DNA of 64,000 nucleotides, from NCBI GenBank assembly GCA_017959905.1, contig JAGCZS010000003.1, positions 20,130 through 84,129 on the forward strand, written 5' to 3'. Positions 48,748 through 57,385 of this stretch are shown one piece after another. A program made the position numbers and the translations under genes. How positions within the stretch are numbered: position 1 is the first letter of the stretch; every line of letters starts with the position of its first letter. The stretch is from Bacilli bacterium (GTDB taxonomy: Bacteria; Bacillota_I; Bacilli_A; RFN20; CAG-826). Below the pieces are notes generated by a model. It did no database searches. It had not been told where the DNA came from and saw only the letters and a program-made list of their open reading frames with translations.

Positions 48748-50424
48748 TTATTTTGCACCTAATTGCAAAATATTTTTTTGAACACGATTAGCAACTTTAT
48801 TTTTGCCTAATATTTTCAGCACACAATACAAATTCGGAGATATTTTACTCCCGGTTATAGCAACACGAATTATATTAATAAAATCAGCCATATTGCCAAC
48901 AAAATTATGTGAATTTTCTTTATATTCTTTGTTGTTAATGGCAAAATTATTTTTTAAAGCAATTGTTTTCATTAAGTCAAACCATTCATTTTCTAAAATT
49001 GAAACATTATTTACTTCTAAAAAATCTTTTAATGCATCAATAACAATTTTTTTATCAATTTTTTCATCAAATATAATGCCGTTTTTAAACATAGTATCAT
49101 ATTTTTCGTCGTAAAAAAAAGCAATAGTTTTTTCGATATATTTAAATGCAAAATAATCTTTTCTTGGGTTATCTTGATTTCTTTCGATATTCATTATTTG
49201 TGTAAAAAATTTTTTATCTTTTTGAATTAATGCTTCCAAGTTTTTATCATATGTTTGCGCATATTCTAAAACTCTTTTTGTCATTTCTTCGGCGGAAATA
49301 GTCGACAAAAATTCGCGTGAAAAAAATTTTAACTTTTTTATGTCAAATAATGTACTATCAAGATTTATCTTATTTATTGAAAACGGGAATGAAAACATAT
49401 CTTTAAATTTTTTTTTCAACACCCATTCTTCAAAAGAATTATTTATAATGCTCATTAAATAGGCTAATACTGATTCAATTGGGTAACCTTCTTGCAAAAA
49501 AAAATTTACTGTAGCTTCTGGATCAAAACGCTTACTCAATTTACGTTTTTTTCCATTATCATTTTTACTTATTAAAGGTAAATGAGCATATTTCGGCATT
49601 TTCCAATTTAAAGCACTAAATAATTGGGCATGAATTGGAAAAGAAGAAATCCATTCTTCGCCTCTTATAACTGTCGTTGTGTGCATAAAATGATCGTCCA
49701 CAACATGAGCAAAATGATATGTTGGCAAACCATCCTTTTTTAATATAACTATATCGATATCGTTTTCGGCAATACTTATAAATTTGCGAATTTCATCATA
49801 AAGTTTTATTTTATTTTCATGGTTACCATTGCTTTTAAAACGAATCACATAATGTTCATTGTTTTTCACTCTATTGATAACTTCATCAATAGATAAATAA
49901 CGACATCTTGCGTAATTACCATAATAACCGGTAATTTGTTTGTTAGCTTTTTGAATATCTCTTATTTCATCTAAATCTTCAGCGGTACAAAAGCACACGT
50001 AAGCTAATTCTTTCTTAATTAATTCTTTAATAACTGTGTGGTAAATTTTTATTCTTTCAGATTGTTTATACGGAGCATATTTTCCACCTTCTTCAATTCC
50101 TTCGTCGGCTATAATATTAAAAATTTTCAGCTCTTTTAAAAATGAATTTTCTGAATTTTCTACTTTACGCTTTGTATCTGTATCTTCTAAACGAATATAA
50201 AAAACGCCATTAGTTGTTTTGGCAGTCAAAAAAGAAACTAAAGCAGTAAATAAACTACCTGTATGCAAAAATCCGGTTGGCGACGGGGCAAATCTGGTAA
50301 CTTCAGAATTTTTATCAATATTACGTTCAGGAAATTTTTTTTTCAAAACATCAATCGTTTCAGAAATATCAGGAAAAAGCAAATCTGCTAAAATATTTAT
50401 TTTTTCGTTTTTATTATTATCCAT
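48748..50424 (-). CDS. gltX: glutamate--tRNA ligase (long form, 558 aa)
   Basis: RFAPSPTGFLHTGSLFTAL (HIGH region, bacterial GluRS type) and KLSKRF (KMSKS). It has an N-terminal extension of about 40 aa and a long C-terminal domain. Confidence 0.88.
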   Translation of the reverse strand: MDNNKNEKINILADLLFPDISETIDVLKKKFPERNIDKNSEVTRFAPSPTGFLHTGSLFTALVSFLTAKTTNGVFYIRLEDTDTKRKVENSENSFLKELKIFNIIADEGIEEGGKYAPYKQSERIKIYHTVIKELIKKELAYVCFCTAEDLDEIRDIQKANKQITGYYGNYARCRYLSIDEVINRVKNNEHYVIRFKSNGNHENKIKLYDEIRKFISIAENDIDIVILKKDGLPTYHFAHVVDDHFMHTTTVIRGEEWISSFPIHAQLFSALNWKMPKYAHLPLISKNDNGKKRKLSKRFDPEATVNFFLQEGYPIESVLAYLMSIINNSFEEWVLKKKFKDMFSFPFSINKINLDSTLFDIKKLKFFSREFLSTISAEEMTKRVLEYAQTYDKNLEALIQKDKKFFTQIMNIERNQDNPRKDYFAFKYIEKTIAFFYDEKYDTMFKNGIIFDEKIDKKIVIDALKDFLEVNNVSILENEWFDLMKTIALKNNFAINNKEYKENSHNFVGNMADFINIIRVAITGSKISPNLYCVLKILGKNKVANRVQKNILQLGAK

Positions 50425-50518
50425 AATTTTAATTTGGTTCTTTTCTTAATTGCCTAATTATTTTAATTTTATGATACAATAAAAGCGCTTAAAAAAAATA
50501 AATAAATTTTTTTAGTTT

Positions 50519-50592
50519 GCAGGCATAGTTTAATGGTAGAACGTTACCTTGCCAAGGTAGAGGTGTGTGTTCGATTCCCACTGTCTGCTCCA
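50519..50592 (+). tRNA. tRNA-Gly (anticodon GCC)
   Basis: Hand fold: GCAGGCA-TA-GTTT-AATGGTA-GAAC-G-TTACC-TTGCCAA-GGTAG-AGGT-GTGTG-TTCGATT-CCCAC-TGTCTGC-T-CCA. There is one T-stem mismatch (U52:C62). Confidence 0.8.
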
Positions 50593-51079
50593 TTTTTGTT
50601 TTTTTAGTAAATTTACAACCTTCTTAAACTATAATTAAGCTACTATCGTTTTACTTTTGGCTCTCGATTTGTCGCAGATAATCTTTATTGATTTATTCGA
50701 TTGTTTCGCCATATTTTGTTATTAAGAATTTTTAGTTTATTATCTCTTGCGCTTTAAATTTTAATTATTTAAGTGTTATAACTAATTTTCAGTTAAATTT
50801 AGAAAATTTCGCAAGAATCAGCGAAGTAATATAATTTTTTCAAACAGACACTAAGAAAATTAAGCCGAATAACCAATATATCGAAGAATTGATTATTATC
50901 GTAGTATTTATGAATTTTGAACAATTATTCGCATATTTGTTTTGACAGCAAAATAAGAAAATTATTAATCCGAAACCAGACGCTAGATTCATCTAAATAA
51001 TTTTATTAATATCATACAATTCGCAAAATTATGCTAGATAAATAAGAAATTTAAAGATGCCATTTTGTTAACTAAATTA

Positions 51080-51153
51080 TGGAGCAAACAGCGGGAATCG
51101 AACCCTCATCCTTAACTTGGAAGGTTAATGTTTTACCATTAAACTATGTCTGC
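51080..51153 (-). tRNA. tRNA-Gly (anticodon TCC)
   Basis: Reverse complement GCAGACA-TA-GTTT-AATGGTA-AAAC-A-TTAAC-CTTCCAA-GTTAA-GGAT-GAGGG-TTCGATT-CCCGC-TGTTTGC-T-CCA. There is one T-stem mismatch (A50:G64). The 5' half is nearly identical to the Gly-GCC gene. Confidence 0.8.
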
Positions 51154-51310
51154 GAATTTTAATCTTGCTTAATCTAAAAGATAATTTTACTATAAATCAT
51201 AATTTTTAAGTAATTTTATATGTTGTTTTAACCATAAAAATAAAATTTATTTAAAAACTTTTTAAAAAATGTAAAATTATAAATTTTAGAAACATATATA
51301 AATAAAAAAT

Positions 51311-52531
51311 ATGAAATATATGGTTAATAATATTAAAACTAGAAGAGCAAAATTTCTTGAAAAAATAAATAATAATTCCATTGTAATATTATTTTCAGGA
51401 AAGCATAATCCTAATACTAACGACGATTTTTTTGTTAATCGCAATTTTTTTTATTTAAGCAATATTTCGCAAGAAAACAGTTACCTCGTTTTTCTAAAAA
51501 AAAATAATAAATTCGAAGAATATATTTTCATCGATAAACAGGATAAAAAATTAGAAAAATGGTTCGGTAAAAAACTATCTTCTATTGATGTTAACGCTAT
51601 AAGTGGCATCAAAAAAAATAATATCTTAACAAATGACATTTTTGAAAAAAAAATCAATTTTTTGTTACAGGAAAATAAAATAGAAAATATTTATCTTGAT
51701 TTGCATAATAATGAAAACGTTATAAACGAAATAAAAACAAAATATAGTAATTACAAAATATTTGACTGCTACGCAATAATTAGCGAATTAAGAATGATTA
51801 AAGATGATTGCGAAATTAATAACGTTATTAAAGCCATTAATATTACTAATTTAGGATTTAAAAGAATAATTAGAGAATTAAAGTTAAAAAAAAATAATAA
51901 AAAAGAATTCGAAATTTTTAATGCCTTTAACAATGAAATTTTAAATCACGGAACACATGAAATAGCATTCAAAAGCATAATTGCTTCCGGAATTAACGCG
52001 TGTTATTTGCATTATCCTACGCCATACGCAACAATTTTAAAAAATGATCTTTTATTATGCGATGTTGGCTCGGCATTTAACCATTATGCAAGTGATATAA
52101 CTAGAACGATCCCGGTTAATGGAAAATTTTCACAACAACAAAAAAAAATTTATGAGATTGTTTTAGCGTGCAATAAAAAAATTATTGAATTAATTAAACC
52201 AGGAATAACAATAGAATATTTACAAAAAAAAGCAAAATCATTTCTGTCACAACAATGTTTAGAAAAAAAAATTATCAAAAAAAAATTTGAAATTAATAAA
52301 TATTATTACCATAACGTTTCTCATTATTTAGGATTGGATGTTCACGATGTCTGTGTAAAAACAAAATTAAAACCAGGAATGGTAATTACTGTTGAGCCAG
52401 GATTATACATTAAAGAAAAAAAAATCGGTATACGCATAGAAGACGATATTCTAATAACTAAAAACGGTCATAAATGTTTGTCTTCAATGATTGCAAAAGA
52501 AATAAAAGATATTGAAAAATTGTATCTATAA
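51311..52531 (+). CDS. pepP: Xaa-Pro aminopeptidase (M24B family)
   Basis: The C-terminal pita-bread fold has metal ligands in context (LLLCDVGSAFNHYASDITRT, HNVSHYLGLDVHD, VITVEPGLY, GIRIEDDILIT). Confidence 0.85.
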   Translation: MKYMVNNIKTRRAKFLEKINNNSIVILFSGKHNPNTNDDFFVNRNFFYLSNISQENSYLVFLKKNNKFEEYIFIDKQDKKLEKWFGKKLSSIDVNAISGIKKNNILTNDIFEKKINFLLQENKIENIYLDLHNNENVINEIKTKYSNYKIFDCYAIISELRMIKDDCEINNVIKAINITNLGFKRIIRELKLKKNNKKEFEIFNAFNNEILNHGTHEIAFKSIIASGINACYLHYPTPYATILKNDLLLCDVGSAFNHYASDITRTIPVNGKFSQQQKKIYEIVLACNKKIIELIKPGITIEYLQKKAKSFLSQQCLEKKIIKKKFEINKYYYHNVSHYLGLDVHDVCVKTKLKPGMVITVEPGLYIKEKKIGIRIEDDILITKNGHKCLSSMIAKEIKDIEKLYL

Positions 52532-52669
52532 ATTTTAATAAAGTTCTAATAATTTCTAGTAATTTTATTATAATATTATTTATAATTAATGAAATATAAG
52601 AAGAAAAACGGGAATTTATAATTATTATACAAATATCGAATTAAGTAGAGTTTAGACAAAAGGAAAATT

Positions 52670-52852
52670 ATGGCAGTTCCAAAAAGAAGAACAAGTAAAA
52701 CAAAAAAAAGAAAACGCCGCACAAATATTAAATACTACGGTGAAAGCACATTAAAACATAATTTAGTAACTTGCAGTAACTGTAATGAAATTATTATGGC
52801 GCACATTGTTTGTCCAAAATGTGGATTTTATAAAGGCGAAAAGATATTATGA
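52670..52852 (+). CDS. rpmF: 50S ribosomal protein L32 (zinc-ribbon form)
   Basis: MAVPKRRTSKTKKRKRR start and CSNC...CPKC cysteines; 60 aa. Confidence 0.93.
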   Translation: MAVPKRRTSKTKKRKRRTNIKYYGESTLKHNLVTCSNCNEIIMAHIVCPKCGFYKGEKIL

Positions 52853-53535
52853 AAACGCTTTGTAGCACAAACAAACCAAACATAAATATAAATGAATACA
52901 TTGACCACACTTTACTAAAAGCAAACGCCACAAACAAAGAAATAATAAATTTATGCGACGAAGCTAAAAAAATGCATTTTAAAAGTGTTTGCGTCAATCC
53001 TTCTTTTATTTCTTTAGCTAAAAAACAGTTAGAAAAAACAAATGTTAAAATTTGTTCTGTCATATCATTCCCGCTTGGAGCAATGACTAAAACAACCAAA
53101 ATGTTCGAGGCAAATGACGCCATTAAAGAAGGTGCTGATGAAATTGATATGGTTGCTAACATATCGCATATAAAAGACCACGATTACCAGTATGTAGAAG
53201 ACGAAATAAAAAGCATTCGAAAAATAACAAAAGATAAAAAAATAATTTTAAAAGTAATAATAGAAACTTGTTTGCTAACCCAAGAAGAAATTTCCCAAGT
53301 ATCGCTTATATGCAAAAAAATCGGGGTTGATTTCGTTAAAACTTCAACCGGTTTTTCAAAATATGGAGCAACCACAACAGATGTAGCTTTAATACGAAAA
53401 ATTGTTGGTAAAAATATTGGCGTCAAAGCTAGCGGTGGTATTCATACATATGATGAAGCCATGTCGATGATTAAATCCGGGGCAAATCGTATAGGTACAA
53501 GCAGCGGCGTTACAATAATTAATTCCAAAAAATGA
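52849..53535 (+). CDS. deoC: deoxyribose-phosphate aldolase
   Basis: IDHTLLKANAT, SVCVNP, EIDMV, the Schiff-base region DFVKTSTGF and KASGGI. Confidence 0.92.
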   Translation: MKTLCSTNKPNININEYIDHTLLKANATNKEIINLCDEAKKMHFKSVCVNPSFISLAKKQLEKTNVKICSVISFPLGAMTKTTKMFEANDAIKEGADEIDMVANISHIKDHDYQYVEDEIKSIRKITKDKKIILKVIIETCLLTQEEISQVSLICKKIGVDFVKTSTGFSKYGATTTDVALIRKIVGKNIGVKASGGIHTYDEAMSMIKSGANRIGTSSGVTIINSKK

Positions 53536-55013
53536 AAAATATTTCATTTGATAATGAAAAATATTTAAATATTCAAAAAAAAGCTATTTTAGAGCGCATC
53601 AAAAAATTTAATAAACTCTATATCGAATTTGGCGGTAAATTATTTGATGATTTACACGCTTCACGCGTTTTACCAGGATTTCAGCCAGATATAAAATTAA
53701 AATTACTTTTAAATCTTAAAAAAGACATTGGTATTGCAATTGTCGTTAATAGCGATGACATAATTTCAGGAAAAGCACGAAATGATACTGGCATAACGTA
53801 TTGTGACGAAGTTAAACGATTAATAAAATGTTTTCAAAATGTTCAATTAGAAATTCTAGGTATTGTTTTTAATTTTTATAAACCAAATTTAGTCATCGAT
53901 AACTTTATTGGTTTTTTAAAAAAAAATAAAATAAAAACATTTAAAAATTATAAAATCGATAATTATCCCGAAAATGTTTCATTTATAGTAAGCAAAAATG
54001 GATTTGGAAAGAATGATTATATAAAAACAACTAGATCTATTATTGTCGTAACTGCACCAGGACCTGGAAGCGGCAAAATGGCATTTTGTTTAAGCCAACT
54101 GTATAACGATAATCAAAACAATATAAAAGCCGGTTATGTAAAATATGAAACCTTTCCTACCTGGAATCTTTCTTTAACGCATCCAGTTAATTTAGCTTAT
54201 GAAGCGGCAACGGTTGATTTAAACGATATTAATTTAATTGATCCTTATCATCTTAAGGCGTATGGACAAATAGCGATTAATTACAACCGTGATATTGAAT
54301 CGTTTCCGATTCTACAAATGATTTTTAAAAAAATTTATGGATCATCGCCATATAAATCACCAACTGATATGGGTATTAATAAAGTTGGTTTTGCCATTGC
54401 TGATGATAATGCTGTTCGTCAAGCGGGGAACGACGAAATAATACGACGTTTTTTTAAAACTTTAAAAAAAAATTTTTTAGGTAAATGTCCTGATAGCGAA
54501 GTAGAAAAAGCTAAAAATATTTTATTTAAAGCTAATTTGAATATTTTTGACCGTCATTGTGTAAAAGTATGTTTAAAAAAAGAGAAAGAGGTTAATAAAG
54601 CGTGTATTGCTTTGGAAAAAAATAAAAACGAGTTTATTTTTGGCAAACAAAGCCCAATTATGACCGCTTCAGCATCATTATTAATAAATGTTTTAAAATC
54701 TTTTGCCGAGCTCGATGAAAAATTATTATTTCTCTCACCAGAAATTCTTAGCCCGATTAATAATTTAAAAATAAAAATTCTCAAAAATAACGAAGCCCAA
54801 ATTAATATTAAAGAATTGCTAATAATATTGGCATTATTATCAAAAACAAATAAAAACGTTCAAAAACTTTTAAAGCAAATAAACAAGCTAAATGGATTAC
54901 AAGCTCATTCTAGTGTTATTATTTCCGATGACGAGTTAAATATCTTTCAAAAATTAGGAATTGATATAACCGAAGAAATAAAATATGCTGAAAAAAATTT
55001 CAATTTTAATTAA
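53532..55013 (+). CDS. DUF1846 (UPF0371) family protein
   Basis: The N-terminus ISFDNEKYLNIQKKAILERI...YIEFGGKLFDDLHASRVLPGFQPD and the length of about 490 aa match the conserved Firmicute UPF0371 family as I remember it. Confidence 0.75.
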   Translation: MKNISFDNEKYLNIQKKAILERIKKFNKLYIEFGGKLFDDLHASRVLPGFQPDIKLKLLLNLKKDIGIAIVVNSDDIISGKARNDTGITYCDEVKRLIKCFQNVQLEILGIVFNFYKPNLVIDNFIGFLKKNKIKTFKNYKIDNYPENVSFIVSKNGFGKNDYIKTTRSIIVVTAPGPGSGKMAFCLSQLYNDNQNNIKAGYVKYETFPTWNLSLTHPVNLAYEAATVDLNDINLIDPYHLKAYGQIAINYNRDIESFPILQMIFKKIYGSSPYKSPTDMGINKVGFAIADDNAVRQAGNDEIIRRFFKTLKKNFLGKCPDSEVEKAKNILFKANLNIFDRHCVKVCLKKEKEVNKACIALEKNKNEFIFGKQSPIMTASASLLINVLKSFAELDEKLLFLSPEILSPINNLKIKILKNNEAQINIKELLIILALLSKTNKNVQKLLKQINKLNGLQAHSSVIISDDELNIFQKLGIDITEEIKYAEKNFNFN

Positions 55014-55052
55014 TATTTGATATTATAGAAATTTAAATTAAGGAGAAACAAT

Positions 55053-55229
55053 ATGCCGAAAGCAACACTTCGAAATCAAGAAAATTTTGAAGATCTTTAT
55101 AAAAGATTTAAAAGAATTGTAAATAAAGCGGAAGTTCTTAAAGAATCGCGCAGGCGCGAAGAATATCTTCCTAAAAGTTTGCAACGAAAGTTAAAAGCGG
55201 AAGAATCTCGACGCAAAAATAAATTTTAA
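55053..55229 (+). CDS. rpsU: 30S ribosomal protein S21
   Basis: Below the ORF-track cutoff. SD AAGGAG lies 9 nt upstream. Translation is MPKATLRNQENFEDLYKRFKRIVNKAEVLKESRRREEYLPKSLQRKLKAEESRRKNKF (58 aa), with the classic S21 pattern (FKR.....G.L.E.RRR..Y.KPS..RK.K). Confidence 0.9.
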   Translation: MPKATLRNQENFEDLYKRFKRIVNKAEVLKESRRREEYLPKSLQRKLKAEESRRKNKF

Positions 55230-55265
55230 TAAATCTTAATATAATAAAATTTTCCACGCCCTTAT

Positions 55266-57359
55266 ATGAAGCTTATTATTGTTGAATCCCCAAATAAATG
55301 TCATACAATTTCCAAATATCTTAATAACAAATACGAAGTTATAGCGACAAAGGGCCACATAAGAGACTTAGCCATATCTGGTAAAGGCGGTCTAGGAGTC
55401 GATTGCGAAAATAATTTTACTCCTCATTACGAAATATTAAAAGACAAAAAAAACATAGTTAAGGAAATTAAAAATAAAGTTAAAAAATCTGATGAAGTTT
55501 TTTTAGCAACTGACCCAGATCGTGAAGGAGAAGCGATAGCATGGCATGTTAGTGAAGTTTTTAATTTGCCCAAAGATAATAAACGTCTTGAATTTCATGA
55601 AATAACCAAAAAGGCTATTCAAGACTCATTAAAACAACCGCGTGTTATAGATTTAAATTTAGTAGCTAGTCAAGAAACAAGAAGAATACTAGACCGAATA
55701 CTGGGGTTTAAACTATCAAAAATACTTCAAAAAACCAATAATTTAAAAAGTGCCGGTCGTGTTCAAAGTGCTGTTCTCAAATTAATCATTGATCGAGAAA
55801 AAACAATAAAAAATTTTAAATCAGAAAAATATTGGGAAATTACAGCTGTTATAAATACTAACAATAATAATTTTAACACATCCTTTTACGAATATAAAAA
55901 CAAAAAAATAAAACTAACAAATAAAGATGTTGTTGATGATATTGTTAAAAAAACTGATAAAAAGATAAAAATTATCGACATAAAAGAAAAAATTATTTCG
56001 ACAAAGTCTAAACCACCATTAATAACATCAACATTACAACAAGAAGCTATTACTAAGTTTAATATGCCATCATTTAAGGTTAACAAAATAGCCCAAGAAC
56101 TTTATGAAGGTATTAAAATTAAAAATGAATTAATTGGTTTAATAACATACATTAGAACAGATTCTCAACGTTTAAATGACGCATATATCGAAAAAACTAA
56201 AAATTTTATTTCAAAAAAATTTGGCAAAGAGTTTGTGGCCAAAAATCAAAAACAAACAAAAATAAAGAAAAAAAACATTCAAGATGCTCATGAAGCCATT
56301 AGACCAACCGATAACAATCTAACGCCAGAAAAAATAAAATCATTTTTAACAGAAGAACAATATAAAATTTATAAGCTCATTTATGAAAAAACTTTTGCTT
56401 CGCTAATGTCAGAAAAAAAAGAGCAAATCACCGATTATATTATTGGTAATGATTTTGTAACTTATAAAATTTCAAAAACGAAAATTATTTTTCCTGGTTT
56501 TGAAAAAATATTTGACAATATTAAAAATCAATCAAAGGAAGAAAACCAAAATTTTAATGGAAATATAGGGGATGTTTTAAAAATTATTAAAATCAACATT
56601 GACGAAAAAGACACAAAACCGCCTAGCCGTTTTTCAGAAGCTAGTATCATAAAAGCAATGGAAAAAGAAGGAATTGGGCGACCATCTACATATAGTTCGA
56701 CAATAACAACGTTATTAAACAGACTATATATTATTAAAGAAAATGGGGCTATATGTCCAACAAAAGACGGGCATACTGTTATTGAATTTTTAGAAAATAA
56801 GTTCCCCGATATTGTTAATGTAAAATTTACGGCCATTTTAGAAAATGATCTTGATAAAGTTAAAAACGGCACAAATAGCAAAAATAATATAATTAATAAA
56901 ATTTACATACCATTTATACAATGCTGTAAAAAAATAGAAAACGAAGAAATAGGAATATGTCCTGAATGTGGCAATAAATTAAAAAATATTCATGGAAAAA
57001 ATGGCTATTTTATAGGCTGTTCAAACTATCCAAAATGTAAATTTAAAAAAACAATAAATAATAACAATAATGAAATTTTAGATCGAAAATGCCCTGAATG
57101 TGGCAGTTTTTTAGTAAAAAAATTAAGTTATAAACGTAAAAAATATTTTATAGGCTGTTCAAACTATCCAAAATGTAAATTTATCGAAAAATCAAATAAT
57201 AATAACAATAATGAAATTTTAGATCGAAAATGCCCTGAATGTGGCAGTTTTTTAGTAAAAAAATTAAGTTATAAACGTAAAAAATATTTTATAGGCTGTT
57301 CAAACTATCCAAAATGTAAATTTATCGAAACAAACAAAAATAAAAATGTTGTAAAATAA
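55266..57359 (+). CDS. topA: DNA topoisomerase I with three C-terminal zinc ribbons
   Basis: Toprim LIIVESPNK...ATDPDREGEAIAWH, the active-site region LITYIRTDS, and C-terminal CPECG...GCSNYPKCKF modules x3. Confidence 0.95.
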   Translation: MKLIIVESPNKCHTISKYLNNKYEVIATKGHIRDLAISGKGGLGVDCENNFTPHYEILKDKKNIVKEIKNKVKKSDEVFLATDPDREGEAIAWHVSEVFNLPKDNKRLEFHEITKKAIQDSLKQPRVIDLNLVASQETRRILDRILGFKLSKILQKTNNLKSAGRVQSAVLKLIIDREKTIKNFKSEKYWEITAVINTNNNNFNTSFYEYKNKKIKLTNKDVVDDIVKKTDKKIKIIDIKEKIISTKSKPPLITSTLQQEAITKFNMPSFKVNKIAQELYEGIKIKNELIGLITYIRTDSQRLNDAYIEKTKNFISKKFGKEFVAKNQKQTKIKKKNIQDAHEAIRPTDNNLTPEKIKSFLTEEQYKIYKLIYEKTFASLMSEKKEQITDYIIGNDFVTYKISKTKIIFPGFEKIFDNIKNQSKEENQNFNGNIGDVLKIIKINIDEKDTKPPSRFSEASIIKAMEKEGIGRPSTYSSTITTLLNRLYIIKENGAICPTKDGHTVIEFLENKFPDIVNVKFTAILENDLDKVKNGTNSKNNIINKIYIPFIQCCKKIENEEIGICPECGNKLKNIHGKNGYFIGCSNYPKCKFKKTINNNNNEILDRKCPECGSFLVKKLSYKRKKYFIGCSNYPKCKFIEKSNNNNNNEILDRKCPECGSFLVKKLSYKRKKYFIGCSNYPKCKFIETNKNKNVVK
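57057..57330. repeat. perfect 133-bp direct repeat, period 141 bp (two copies), inside topA
   Basis: 57057-57189 is letter-for-letter identical to 57198-57330, with an 8-nt spacer atcaaata. Each copy encodes NNNNEILDRKCPECGSFLVKKLSYKRKKYFIGCSNYPKCKFIE. A third partial copy of about 40 nt (tattttataggctgttcaaactatccaaaatgtaaattta) lies at about 57006-57046. Confidence 0.9.
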
Positions 57360-57385
57360 AAATAATTTAAATAAAGGTAAAAAAA

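Noticed and set aside
32557-50518. T-box leaders upstream of the aminoacyl-tRNA synthetase genes (pheS, gltX; also argS and cysS elsewhere in the window).
   Set aside because: Every one of these genes starts within 0-95 nt of the preceding gene or tRNA, or overlaps it. That leaves no room for a leader of about 200 nt, and no specifier or T-box sequence was seen.
57006-57338. Whether the regularly spaced repeats could be a CRISPR array or minisatellite.
   Set aside because: There are only two full copies, the period is a multiple of three, the repeat lies entirely inside the topA reading frame, and it encodes a known zinc-ribbon module.
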